64,000 nt of DNA from Amoeboaphelidium occidentale (Eukaryota). The notes below the pieces were generated by a model, which was not told the origin of the DNA, made no database searches, and saw only the letters and a program-made list of their open reading frames with translations. The stretch lies in assembly GCA_023515795.1 (NCBI GenBank), contig JALGPX010000001.1, positions 124,001-188,000 of the forward strand, in the 5' to 3' direction. Numbering within the stretch: the stretch's first letter is position 1; every line of letters starts with the position of its first letter. Below are positions 8,473-19,697 of this stretch, in pieces. A program made the translations under genes and the position numbers.

Positions 8473-10950
8473 TTAATCCAAAAGGTTTGTGACACGGCGT
8501 TCTCTTCGTGGAGGTGGTGGAGGAGGAGCCGGCCTGTTGTACTGCGACCTAAACGGATTTGTAGGAAACGCAGAATCGTAGGTTGGTGATGTAGGTGACG
8601 TCGTTGATGACTGAGACAATCTTGCACGTGTAGGTCTGCTTATCGAATCATTAATTGCCTCTTCAAAAGGCGGTGGTCTTGAGCTATCCAATTGGCGTTG
8701 TAAATCCTTGAGCTTGTTGGAGACGAGTTCCAGCCTCTGAACTTTTCGAGAATACTTGTAACACACAACAGTCAGGACTATAATGGTTAGTCCAAACATT
8801 GCTATCACTGCTACAGCTAACGAAAACCACAAATTCTGAGATGACAGCAACTCTGAATATCTTTCTCTCGAGAAAACCGGAATAGTCTGCTGTTGTAAAG
8901 TAGCAGTTGTCTCTGATGTCAACGATGAAGTTGATGAAATATCTGTCTCCAAAAAGATGGTCGTTTGAGAAGCAAAATCTGAAGTGGGGAGTTTTTCTGA
9001 TGTAACTCCCGATACATCATGCGTTTCTGCTGTCTGCGAACTTGTAGATGATCTTGTGACAACATCAAAAGCCGATGAGGTCAAGTTTTCAGACTGCATC
9101 GTAGTGTAATTTGATTCCAAAGTATTATTTTGACTCTGCAATTCTGTTAATGGTGTTGTAATTACATCAGCAACATATGTGGTCATGTTGTATGGCTGCG
9201 TGACGAAATAATTTGTTTGCAAAGTAGCATTTTGAGTAAGCAGGGCTGTAAATGGTGTTGTGATCTGACCAGCAACATATGTGGTCATGTTGTATGGCTG
9301 CGTGACGGAATAATTTGTTTGCAAAGTAGCATTTTGAGTAAGCAGGGCTGTAAATGGTGTTGTGATCTGACCAGTAACATATGTGGTCATGTTGTATGGC
9401 TGTGTGACGGAATAGTTTGTTGCCAGAGTAGTATTTTGAGCATAAAATGCTGTACATGGTGTTGTGATCAGATCAGCAACATATGTGGTCATGTTGTACG
9501 ACTGCACAGTTGAATTAATGGATGCAATAGTAGTATAATTGGTGTTAGACGTTGTGGTGACATGCTCGGTTGAAATGCTTCGTGTTGAATTTATACTGTC
9601 ATTTGACGGCCTGTCGATTCCGTTAAGTCCAAACAAATCATAAACGGCAACAAACATCGCTGTGTAGCCGTTACTCGTGTATTTTGCGTCGAGGATAGAA
9701 CCATTCTTTCCCAGCAGCTCTGCTTCTCTTGTAAACATTCCACTTAGCACAAAAAGGCCAGTTTCACTGATAAAACTCAGTGGTCGGTATGTGGCAGACG
9801 TATCACTCGTTAAATAATTAATCTTACGCTCTAATAATTCCGTTCCGTTAGAAGCAGAATACTTTACCACATTTTTACCCACTTGTGATGATAAAACAGG
9901 GCTTGCGTAGTCACCGTTGATCAGCCTAGTGCTACCAGCAGAAGTCCGAAGAACCAGTTCATTCTTTTTCAGGAACTTTACGGACGCCATCGTTCCATTT
10001 GGCCAAACTTGTACACACTCATCTCCTAGGGCAGATGTAAAACGAGTGACGTTTGATCCTACATTATTGAGATTAATAGTAAAGTTTCCATTGCTTGAAG
10101 CCGAAGTTATAATAACAGATCCATCATTCTGAATGTCACCAACTATATAAGGACCTGTCACCGACCACATGAAAGAACCGTTAGTATTGACCAACCAGAT
10201 GAATTTGTTATCCGTGCCGTAATTAACCATAACAGCCACTTGATCTCCATTCAAATTCTTTACTGGAATTCGATTTCCTGACCAATATCCTGAAACTATG
10301 TAATAGTTTAACTTGCCATAAAACATTCTGGGATCGGTTACGCAAGTAGTCGTCACGCCCATGTTTTCAGCGTAATATAACCAAATCGCGCGACCCTGCG
10401 AATCCACAAGCCCCGTACCTATTTTGTTTGAAAGAGTGAAAAGGTTGTACGACTGCATCTCATGGATATACACACCAGATATATACATAAATGAAGGGCT
10501 CCATAAATAATTAGGAAGCAACGTAACACTTGCATTAACGCCAAAGTTCAATGTCATAGGTGCGGTGCCCCAGCTGTTGAAAGCATAAACTGAGTCATTT
10601 GTCCAGTGATAGACGCTGCAAACCGAGGGCTTGAAGTCAAACGGAATAGATTGAAGAAGTGTTCCATTAGTTGAAAAGTGAAGAAACGCTGTGCGCGTTT
10701 CTAAATTCTCGCCTAACCGCAGAGTTGCAGCAACATCGTCAGATTCCTTCTTGTACACATATGTAGGATCGGAATTGAACTCGACTATCATTCTAACGCT
10801 ACCGTCTGATCGAGCATCAGCAGAAACAGGCTTAACTTCATACATGCCCCAGTTTGGATCACCGTCGACTTTGGTTGACCACAAGTATTCCTGAGACCAG
10901 ACAGATCGAGCAACAGCCAAAAGCAGCAACGACAACAGCTGAAGATTCAT
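8473..10950 (-). CDS. Type I membrane/cell-surface glycoprotein with S/T-rich tandem repeats
   Basis: Signal peptide MNLQLLSLLLLAVARSVWS; beta-rich ectodomain; repeat stalk; TM helix LWFSLAVAVIAMFGLTIIVLTVVCY; Pro-rich cytosolic tail. Confidence 0.8.
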   Translation of the reverse strand: MNLQLLSLLLLAVARSVWSQEYLWSTKVDGDPNWGMYEVKPVSADARSDGSVRMIVEFNSDPTYVYKKESDDVAATLRLGENLETRTAFLHFSTNGTLLQSIPFDFKPSVCSVYHWTNDSVYAFNSWGTAPMTLNFGVNASVTLLPNYLWSPSFMYISGVYIHEMQSYNLFTLSNKIGTGLVDSQGRAIWLYYAENMGVTTTCVTDPRMFYGKLNYYIVSGYWSGNRIPVKNLNGDQVAVMVNYGTDNKFIWLVNTNGSFMWSVTGPYIVGDIQNDGSVIITSASSNGNFTINLNNVGSNVTRFTSALGDECVQVWPNGTMASVKFLKKNELVLRTSAGSTRLINGDYASPVLSSQVGKNVVKYSASNGTELLERKINYLTSDTSATYRPLSFISETGLFVLSGMFTREAELLGKNGSILDAKYTSNGYTAMFVAVYDLFGLNGIDRPSNDSINSTRSISTEHVTTTSNTNYTTIASINSTVQSYNMTTYVADLITTPCTAFYAQNTTLATNYSVTQPYNMTTYVTGQITTPFTALLTQNATLQTNYSVTQPYNMTTYVAGQITTPFTALLTQNATLQTNYFVTQPYNMTTYVADVITTPLTELQSQNNTLESNYTTMQSENLTSSAFDVVTRSSTSSQTAETHDVSGVTSEKLPTSDFASQTTIFLETDISSTSSLTSETTATLQQQTIPVFSRERYSELLSSQNLWFSLAVAVIAMFGLTIIVLTVVCYKYSRKVQRLELVSNKLKDLQRQLDSSRPPPFEEAINDSISRPTRARLSQSSTTSPTSPTYDSAFPTNPFRSQYNRPAPPPPPPRRERRVTNLLD
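9095..9500 (-). repeat. Coding tandem repeat, 102-bp (34-aa) unit, about 4 copies
   Basis: 'acatatgtggtcatgttgta' recurs every 102 nt; consensus unit YNMTTYVAGQITTPFTALLTQNATLQTNYSVTQP. Confidence 0.9.
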
Positions 10951-11265
10951 CAGACCCTAGTGAAGGTTCAAACAAGATGATCTAAGGGCTATAATTAGCA
11001 TCGAATCGAATCCAAATGATCTTTGGTGTATTGCCTAGAATCTAGCCCAGGCACACTAAAAATTTGCCAACACCGTGAAACTGATCTAATTCATTTAAGT
11101 CAATAATATCGATGCACAATTAAAACTTTTGAATAGAAACGACAATAAAAGTTGCGGAACTCATCATAACTGGAAACCACTCCCTCTAACCTGGTGCCGG
11201 AGGTTATAACGCAGAATTGCTGCGATGTTTCTGCTCAGACATATTTTTCTTATTGTGATCTTGAA

Positions 11266-13861
11266 ATGGGAGGTACAAAAAAGAAAGTAGGAAAAGAAAG
11301 ACTCGATAAGTATTATCATTTGGCCAAAAGCCAGGGATATCGCGCCCGCTCTGCTTTCAAGTTAATACAGCTCAACAAGAAGTACAATTTCTTGGAGAAA
11401 TCTCGCGTTCTGATCGATCTTTGTGCTGCACCGTAAGGCTTTTGCGCTTTGCTGAAATTCTAATTATCGTAGTGGTGGTTGGTTGCAAGTCGCGGCAAAG
11501 TATATGCCAGTTACTTCCGTTATTGTCGGTGTTGATTTAGCGCCTATTAAGCCAATTCCAAGAGTGATCACTCATGTAGAAGACATCACGACATCTTCTT
11601 GTAGATCAACCATCAAACGCGATCTCAAAGACTGGAAAGCGGATGTCGTCTTGCACGATGGTGCGCCTAATGTTGGTACTGCGTGGGTTCAAGACGCTTA
11701 TGCGCAATCTGAGTTGGTTTTGCATGCTTTGAAGTTGGCTGTAGAATTTCTGGGACCGAAAGGTACATTCGTTACGAAGGTCTTCAGAAGCAAGAATTAC
11801 AACCATTTGATGTATATTTTTAATCAATTATTCGAAAAGGTTGAAGCTACCAAGCCGCACTCTTCCAGAAATGTATCTGCCGAAATCTTTGTTGTTTGCC
11901 AGGGCTTCAAGGCCCCAAAGAAGTTGGACAGCAAATTTTTGGATCCTCAATATGTCTTCAGGGAAGTCGATGAAGCTTCTAAAGAGATGTCTGAAAATCA
12001 CGCCAAGAATGCGATTTTGTATCCGGAGAAGGAAGCCCTCAAGAGGAAGAGAGATGGTTATGCCGAAAACGATTATACACTTCATCATAGCGATTCTGTC
12101 TTGAATTTTTTGCAAAGTAGTAAGGAGGCTGAAGCTGTTAAATTACTGGCATACTGCAATAAGCTTGCTTTAGCGTCTCGCGAAGGAGAAGAGTATGAGA
12201 ATGACGCTGAACTTTTGGAGAAGATCAAAAGTCATAAATCAACAACAGAAGAGATTTTGAGCTGTTTAGAAGATCTCAAGGTATTGGGTAGGAAGGACTA
12301 CAAATCCTTGTTGAAGTGGAGACTAAAGATAAGACAAGATATTTTTAAGAAGGAAAGTAAAGACGATGAAGACGAGAATGCCGAACCAGCTGAAGCAGAA
12401 GCAGAAGCTGCTGACTCTGATGATAGCGATAAGATGATGGAAGAATTAGAGAATCTTGTTGCGTCTGCTGAGGCTGCAGAGAAGAAGGCAAAGAAGAAGC
12501 GTCTTCAAAAGCTTGCAAAGGAAAAACAAAGATTGCAATTAAACATGGTCACACCAAAAGACATTGGTTTGGAAGCATCTGCAAATATGATCGATGATTT
12601 AGACTTTGATGGTGCTCCTGGACAGCTTGGTTCTCAAAAGTTGTTATTTGATCCTAAATCTGCATCAGCCGTGAAAGGCGATTATGCAGAAGGAGATATG
12701 GATGAGCATCTCTTATCAACTGAAAGTGAGTTTTCATCAGACGAAGAAGTAGAAGCAGATAGCGACATTGACTCAGAAGAAGAAACTTTGAACAGATTGA
12801 ACTCTGAAGTTGACCAGGTTTATGAATTTCATCAACAAAGGTTACTTGAGAAAGATCCAAAGTTGAAGATCAAGAAAATCAGAGCACAGGAAAAAGAGTT
12901 CACTGGAATCAAGAGCGATGATTCCGATAAGGAAAATGACAGTGAAGCTTCTGAATTTGGAGGAAATATGATCGCTGAGGAAAGTGACTTGGAAGGCTCT
13001 ATCTCTAATGACTTCATGAGTGATGAAGAGGAAGAACCTGCAGCCAAAGTTGAAGAGAATGAAGAGTCAAAGTCATGGTTCCAACAGTCTCTGTTTGATG
13101 AGTTAGATGAAGAGGAGGAAGACTCGCACATCAAAGAACAGCCGAAAGCGAAGAAACAAAAGACAGAGAAGAAGAAAAAGATTGTCGATGACGCTTCTGA
13201 TGATGAAGATGGCTTTGATGATGAAGTAGATGACAAAGAAAGTAAAAGAGCCCAAGAAGAGCTTAGACGTAAAACTGAAGCTCTTTCAACTGCAGAAGCT
13301 GTATCATTAGCAGTTCAGATGGTCCAAGACGGTGGAAGAATGAAGAGAGATTTAATCGATGAGTTTGGGTACAGAAAGAATGTTTTCGGCAACTTGGATG
13401 ATTTGCCAGCATGGTTCGCAGAAGATGAAAGAAGGCACAACAAGCCAAACATTCCGATCACCAAAGAAGCAATCCGGCTAATTAGAGAACGTCAAACGGC
13501 TCTTGATGCTAGACCTATTAAAAAGGTTGTTGAAGCAAAAGCTCGCAAGAAGCAAAAGGCAATGAGAAAATTAGAGAAAATCAGCAAGAAATTGAACCAG
13601 AGCGTTGAAGAAGGAGGAGCAGATGATCCAGAACTTACTTCAAAAATCGGCAATGCACATTCCGTGATGAAGAAGGCTCTCAGAAAGGCAAAGAGTGATT
13701 TACGACGAAAAGTCCAATTAGTCGTTGCCAAAGGATCAAGTCGTGGCAAGAAAACTAGACCTAACGGTGTCAAAGGCCGTTATAAGATGGTTGACGGCAG
13801 AATGAAGAAGGAAGTGCGCGCAGAAAAGATTAAACAGAAGAAATCAAAAGGAAGAAAGTGA
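11266..13861 (+). CDS. SPB1: Pre-rRNA 2'-O-methyltransferase Spb1/FTSJ3
   Basis: '[26 protein letters not shown]', 'DLCAAP|GGW' (40-nt intron 11433-11472), '[10 protein letters not shown]', C-terminal '[10 protein letters not shown]'. Confidence 0.97.
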
Positions 13862-13888
13862 ATAGAAGTTTTCTAATCGTAGCATCAT

Positions 13889-14119
13889 TTATTGAGGTGG
13901 AACAGTCGCATTTGCGGCATGCGCGCCCATTTTAACCAAGTCCAAACCAAGATCTGCAACACCAACTAGTGAGTCCATAGCATACTGAAGCGAATGATCG
14001 GAGTACGTGTAACGACTAGGCATATGATCATCATCATCGCCATTGTGCGGAATAGGATTAGCGCGTGCAAGCACACAAAGAAGTACAAGACATACTAATA
14101 AGTAGTTGATGGAGAACAT
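13889..14119 (-). CDS. Small secreted protein (76 aa), unknown function
   Basis: Signal-peptide-like MFSINYLLVCLVLLCVLARA|NPIP; fills the gap between two genes. Confidence 0.55.
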   Translation of the reverse strand: MFSINYLLVCLVLLCVLARANPIPHNGDDDDHMPSRYTYSDHSLQYAMDSLVGVADLGLDLVKMGAHAANATVPPQ

Positions 14120-14214
14120 TTTATAGAAAAAACTGGTAAATCATGTTTCATCACGTTGTTACATCTCCGTTGCTCTGATCACAGACAGTTTGACAGCAGC
14201 AAGATCTTTGAGAG

Positions 14215-14819
14215 ATGAACGCAAGTTTACTGTTAAAAGTCAAAGAAGGTCTTCAAAAGAATGATAAGATTGTCGTTACCAAGGCAGATGGAAGTCGAAG
14301 AGTTGAAACTATAGATGGATCAGTTTCAGAAGTTCTCCATCAGAGTCCTGGATTTGTCGTGGATACAAAACCAGATGAAAAGCTACATCAAGTAAAGATA
14401 AATACAAAATTCTTATCTTTCAGGTAATTCCGGGACTTTTCATTGGTTCTCAGGACGCTCCACTGAATACCAAAGAAATCATTGGTCAAAAGGTCGCACA
14501 CATTCTAAGCCTAATTGATATCAACCTCAACGACACAAGGATCACACATACTAAAATGCCTTTACTAGATATCGATACTTTTGATTTGAGTGACTATCTT
14601 GCAAAGTCTAGTGAAATTATAGATGGGGCACTTAGCAAAGGCCAACATATTCTGGTCCACTGCAATGCAGGAGTATCACGGGCGCCATCAATAGTTATTG
14701 CTTATCTCATACTAAAACGAGGAATGAGTTACGATGAAGCATTTAATTTAGTTAAAGCAGCAAGACCTTGCATCAAGCCAAACGAGGGATTCGTGAAACA
14801 ATTAAGAGCCCTTCGCTAG
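14215..14819 (+). CDS. DUSP19: Atypical dual-specificity phosphatase, DUSP19-like
   Basis: 'GFVVDTKPD', 'VIPGLFIGSQDA' after 32-nt intron 14392-14423, catalytic 'VHCNAGVSRA', 'IKPNEGF'. Confidence 0.85.
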
Positions 14820-15663
14820 AATAGAACATTCATTTTCATGAGAATTTCATCTCGCTGTTTCTTGAGCTCTTCATATTCCTGGCGTTTCTCTGCTACTTTA
14901 ACTTTTGCAAGTGTAACATCCTAAAAGTAAAACACCCCACACCGAATCCCAAATTACCGCGGGTAAATTCTTGTATGAACTTAATTTGGAAGATTCTTCA
15001 ACCACTTTTATCTTCAAATCTTCCAGGGCTTTGCTTTTCACCAACATCTCTTTAGCTCTTATTATTTCTGCTTCGATGTTTGAGTAAGAGTCCTGCATTT
15101 GAGCTATGCGATTCTGATAATCAGAAGTCTTATGCTTTAGGAGCCCAGCATTCTGTTGCCATTCCATTGACTTGCGTTTTATATCAGGCATAGACTCTTC
15201 ATATTCCTGTTTGACCCTAACAATCAGAACCAGCGATCATGAGCTTAAGGAATTACTTTGCCATGTTTGAGACCAAATTGTTCATTCTAGACTTTCTCGC
15301 ATCAAGCATTCTAATTCTGGAATCCAGCAAGTTGTTTTGTTCTGTTAAGTGCTGTTCTTCCTTCTGTATTGTCACAATGGCCTTTAAGAGACTGTATTTT
15401 CTAAGCCTCCCAAGTTTAAGAGTGGCCATGAGGTCTACCAACATGTCCAGCTGTTGCTTAGCTTCTTTACTAAATGCCAACTTTTCCGTGTCACAGACCT
15501 GCAGCTGCTCAGCCATAATTGTGTACTCCCTCTCAAAACACTCACGATTCCTTTCTAGTAATGCAGTGTAATTGGCTTCCAAGTGATCATTCTGCTGCAG
15601 CTGCTGCTCCGCTGAAATTAATTTTGCAAAGTCTTCATACTCATCATACTCTTCGTTTGCCAT
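14816..15663 (-). CDS. HAUS1/augmin subunit 1-like coiled-coil protein
   Basis: Introns 15217-15256 and 14921-14957 join the ORFs. C-terminus 'SYKNLPA|DVTLAKVKVAEKRQEYEEL' fits the HAUS1 pattern. The 5' end is duplicated (second ATG at 15845). Confidence 0.65.
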
Positions 15664-15859
15664 GTCGACAGTGAAACNACCTGCAGCTGCTCAGCCATAA
15701 TTGTGTACTCCCTCTCAAAACACTCACGATTCCTTTCTAATAATGCAGTGTAATTGGCTTCTAAGTGATCATAATGCTGCAGCTGCTGCTCCGCTGAAAT
15801 TAATTTTGCAAAGTCTTCATACTCATCATACTCTTCGTTTGCCATGTCGACAGTGAAAC
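15497..15859. repeat. ~181-bp duplication around a single N (15678); probable assembly overlap
   Basis: 15497-15677 matches 15679-15859 with a few substitutions. Confidence 0.9.
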
Positions 15860-16024
15860 GTGATCGGAGATCAAAAATCTGCAGCTTTTCCGCGAATAAC
15901 TCCCGGCAAAATGCAAACGAAAGAGGACGACGCAATTTCTGTTACTAAATTGGATGTAAATTGTTTTTGCTTTAACGGATAGTCTTATGATATTTAGTCG
16001 CGCGTTAATGAGATAAAAATACAG

Positions 16025-19000
16025 ATGGAGACAAAGTTGAATGCTCTGCAGAAGGAGAACGAGAAATTCGTGGAATTGACTAAAGTGATATCTTCTTATG
16101 TACAGAATGAGAACGATCCTAAAAGTAAAGATCGTGGCATCGCGAAGGATGAATTGATATCTCGACTGCTAAGCGAAGAAGATGCGCTAGCTGCGAGTAA
16201 AGTGGATCTAAAGGAAAAGATACTCGTGCAGCCAAGCGCAAGTGGAAAAGTGACACCGGGGCCTGATACAAGATTATCATCAGCATCGCTCAATTTAACG
16301 ATATCGGACGTGGCTAGGAAACCTGTTGTGCATCATAAGGCGGAATTAGGGGAACTCGGTGATCAAAGTCCCAATGCACTCAATAGCAGCCAAAGCACTC
16401 CTATTTTGAGTGTCAATACAAACTTGCCCGTGATATTCCCACGGCTATACACTGGAAAGGATGATTTTTCAACACCTCCTGGACTGGACTTCCTTGATAG
16501 TGCTTCGATCCACGAAGGTGAAGAGAAACTGCCACATTCACGAATGAACGCTTTTGCTGGACCATCTCCTCCGCATGGGTCTTTTAATCCACACTTACGA
16601 GGCGTATCGCCTTTTCAAGCGCGCAGTAAGGACTGGACACCAGTATCAAGCAGAATTCCAGCATCAAACACAAACGGCTCGCCTTTAGGAAGACCTCTTC
16701 ACATGGATGTTAGATCTTTGTCTAAATCAGGCTATTTGGAGAAACAAGGAATCTCTTTTAGAAGTTGGAAAACACGCTACTTTGTTTTGCAGAATAAGAA
16801 CCTTTTCTATTTTGCGACTAAAGAAGATGCAGAGGAGCGGAGAGCATTGCCTCTTGGTGTTATACCATTATCTTCTTGGTTCTCAGTTTCTAAGGCTGAG
16901 TTTTGTAAGTCTTTAATACCGTCAATTGTTGTCAAGAGAGACAAGATGTTCATCATTGAAACACTGGAAAGAACATTCTATCTTAAAGCAAGTTCAGAAT
17001 CTGATCTTCAAGAATGGGTCCACATACTGCAGGAAATATTAAGAGAAAATCAAAAGGATCCCCATAGTGATTCTTTTGAGTCTGTTCTAGCAGAAGGATG
17101 GTTGGAGAAGAATACGAAAGGTTTAACTAAGCGCAGATGGTGCGTCTTGAAACACAACTCACTAGTGTACTACAAAGACTCTTCAGATGAAAATGTTACG
17201 CCTTGCGGTGTTATTCCTATATCTCAGGGATGTGAGATTGAGTTGGTTCCGTTTTCAGAAAAGGATTCTGATGATGATCTTCAAGACGATGTTTCGATTA
17301 GTGCAGAGAACATGCTTTTCTCTCTAGCCAATATTGATGCAATGGAAAAGAAGAAGGTTATTCGATTTGGATTAAAGACTAGAGAGACAACTCATTGGTT
17401 CAAATGTGCGAACGAAAGAGAGTTGGAAATGTGGATTTACGCACTTCTTTCTCTTTGCCCTCTCAGCCATGTTTGCAGAACGAAATTCGAAGTATTAATT
17501 TCTACAATGGCCAGTTGCATTGTGGACAAACATGGAGATTACAATTTGGAAGCAGAGGAAAGTTTGGACTATATGGACACCGTTATACAGCGAGATCCAA
17601 TATTTCGAAAAGGAGAAAGTAGCACTGATTGTCTTCCGTTAACCTCTTTGCCTTCTGAGCGCCTCGTACAAGAAGCCTACAACATCTACAAAGCTATTGT
17701 AATATTCTCAACAACAGAAGTATCACCAGAAAAGCTGGAGTATCATTTCGGACTTGTTCATGCGTTAATTGAATCATGTTTATCAAATCCTATGCTTCAG
17801 AATGAATTACTTCTACAACTCACCAAGCAAACTACTGTTCTCGAACTAAGTGATGTCGATGAGCTGATTCGAACATGGCAACTATTTTCTTTGGTTTTAG
17901 GGATTTTCATGCCAGTTAGAGAAGCTTATCAGTATGTGAGGCTTCATCTTATTCGAATAATGGCACACTTTGACAGCGAAATAGTCGGAGAGTATGCATT
18001 TTATTGTCTTCGTTTACTCCTGCATGCGATGGAAGGCGAACCTACGAACCAGGGACGAGTTGTTTTAATCTCAAACAGAAGATTTCCGCCTAGCAAGCAT
18101 GAAATGAGAACAGTATTGCTGCTGAAAGAGCCTCCGCCGCCGATGAGAGTGATGGTTGAATGCATGAACGGCGCGACATTCTCGGTTCCTTTTGAGCCTT
18201 TTACTACAGTGAAACAATGTAAAGAAGTCATTACATCTCATTTACTACTTGGAAAGAATGAGGGAACTTTGCCTGCAAAGCATTTTGGTTTGTATTTGAG
18301 AACACCCAATAACACCAACAACTCAAACAGACTGAAGAGGAAACCATATAATCTAGAGCTTTTGTCTGATGAAAGCTTTATTGCTGATGCAGTTTATCAA
18401 CACGAGCAACGAAAACAGCAATTGGAACATGAATGGGTTTCACGGCCTCAGGAGAACAATAATCTGATTTCCTTTCATGCAAATGCTGCAGAAGTTCCGT
18501 TCTTTATCATGAAAATTCGCCTTTTTATGCCTTGCATCACAATACCACCGCGACCATCATCCAGTCCAAAAAGAAATCTCATTGGAAGTTCTATCCTCGC
18601 CAGATCTCCACCAACTCCGCCGCCAAGTCCTGGATCCACTATGAGCTCAAGATGCGACAATTTGTCGATAAAAAGCTTATCAGCCAGGTCAAGCTCTAAT
18701 CCTAGATTCCACGAAGATAAGAACTTGTCTAAGCCATTCTTGTTGGAGAAGGTCGATGTTGTTCATAATTTAGCTGTTTTATCACCGAATGATATTGAGA
18801 ATAACGATACTGTTTCTGTCCGAGTGCTAGCATTTCTCCATAAGGCACAATGCACTGAAAAGCTTTTCGTTGCTTATCAAATGAATGAGTTGGTTGTTGG
18901 TAAATTATTTCCACTTACGAAATCTGCTGCATTCACATTATGCGCTCTATTAGCCCAAGCTACTTATGGTGATCATTATCCGCTCTTGGAAAGAAACGAA

Positions 19001-19657
19001 AGAAAGTATTTGGTGGAATCAGTTGAGAGGTTCTTCCCTTATAATTTCCGTGACTCCAAAATCAAGAAGAAATTCGATATCACAGAGAATGGTGAAACCA
19101 TAAGTAAAGTATCCTCCAACTGGGTGAATTTCAGAGGCATGACACAAGAAGAAGCTCTAAATGTTTATTTATCTCATACTCTGACTTGGCCTTGGGGTTT
19201 ATGGTCCAAACTTTATACTTGCATGTTGGAATCTTCTTGGTGGGGAAAAAAGAACCTAGAAGTCATATATTTAGCTGTTGGATGGGATGGCTTGTGTCTG
19301 TTAACAAAAGATAAGCTTGAGCCTCTGAGAATGGTTGCTTACAAGGGAATTTTTTACTATGGAGTTACAGATGAGAAGGTTTTAATGATCACAGTTAGTC
19401 CAGATTCCAGGCAAACGTCGGACATTTTCAGCAGAAGTTCATCTGCATCTTCATCCCCCACTGTATCTGTTCGTAATCAGCCTTTAAGGAAAGCACTAAG
19501 ACACAAACTACATAATCATTTCGGAAGAAAAGGCAATGAGGACAATGTTGATTGTTTTGGCGAGCGATGGAAGATTATGCTGACAGATCCTGATGCCAGT
19601 GGACCTGAAGTGGTTGAACGCATTAAATTCCACACAAATGAATCGTACAAAGGCTGA
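16025..19657 (+). CDS. PH-PH-MyTH4-FERM protein (PLEKHH/MAX-1-like)
   Basis: PH1 'KSGYLEKQG...WKTRYFVL...WVHIL'; PH2 'EGWLEK...KRRWCVLK'; MyTH4 'LQNELLLQLTKQT...WQLFSL...RRFPPS'; FERM 'LCALLAQATYGD'. Confidence 0.85.
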   Translation: METKLNALQKENEKFVELTKVISSYVQNENDPKSKDRGIAKDELISRLLSEEDALAASKVDLKEKILVQPSASGKVTPGPDTRLSSASLNLTISDVARKPVVHHKAELGELGDQSPNALNSSQSTPILSVNTNLPVIFPRLYTGKDDFSTPPGLDFLDSASIHEGEEKLPHSRMNAFAGPSPPHGSFNPHLRGVSPFQARSKDWTPVSSRIPASNTNGSPLGRPLHMDVRSLSKSGYLEKQGISFRSWKTRYFVLQNKNLFYFATKEDAEERRALPLGVIPLSSWFSVSKAEFCKSLIPSIVVKRDKMFIIETLERTFYLKASSESDLQEWVHILQEILRENQKDPHSDSFESVLAEGWLEKNTKGLTKRRWCVLKHNSLVYYKDSSDENVTPCGVIPISQGCEIELVPFSEKDSDDDLQDDVSISAENMLFSLANIDAMEKKKVIRFGLKTRETTHWFKCANERELEMWIYALLSLCPLSHVCRTKFEVLISTMASCIVDKHGDYNLEAEESLDYMDTVIQRDPIFRKGESSTDCLPLTSLPSERLVQEAYNIYKAIVIFSTTEVSPEKLEYHFGLVHALIESCLSNPMLQNELLLQLTKQTTVLELSDVDELIRTWQLFSLVLGIFMPVREAYQYVRLHLIRIMAHFDSEIVGEYAFYCLRLLLHAMEGEPTNQGRVVLISNRRFPPSKHEMRTVLLLKEPPPPMRVMVECMNGATFSVPFEPFTTVKQCKEVITSHLLLGKNEGTLPAKHFGLYLRTPNNTNNSNRLKRKPYNLELLSDESFIADAVYQHEQRKQQLEHEWVSRPQENNNLISFHANAAEVPFFIMKIRLFMPCITIPPRPSSSPKRNLIGSSILARSPPTPPPSPGSTMSSRCDNLSIKSLSARSSSNPRFHEDKNLSKPFLLEKVDVVHNLAVLSPNDIENNDTVSVRVLAFLHKAQCTEKLFVAYQMNELVVGKLFPLTKSAAFTLCALLAQATYGDHYPLLERNERKYLVESVERFFPYNFRDSKIKKKFDITENGETISKVSSNWVNFRGMTQEEALNVYLSHTLTWPWGLWSKLYTCMLESSWWGKKNLEVIYLAVGWDGLCLLTKDKLEPLRMVAYKGIFYYGVTDEKVLMITVSPDSRQTSDIFSRSSSASSSPTVSVRNQPLRKALRHKLHNHFGRKGNEDNVDCFGERWKIMLTDPDASGPEVVERIKFHTNESYKG

Positions 19658-19697
19658 TATATGCCTCTAAGAAATAAAGCATGATTATGTTTTTCAC

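Noticed and set aside
9095..9500. CRISPR-like array
   Set aside because: A contiguous in-frame coding repeat with no unique spacers, in a eukaryotic context.
15618..15935. Second paralogous HAUS1-like gene
   Set aside because: It is only a duplicated 5' segment across the N at 15678.
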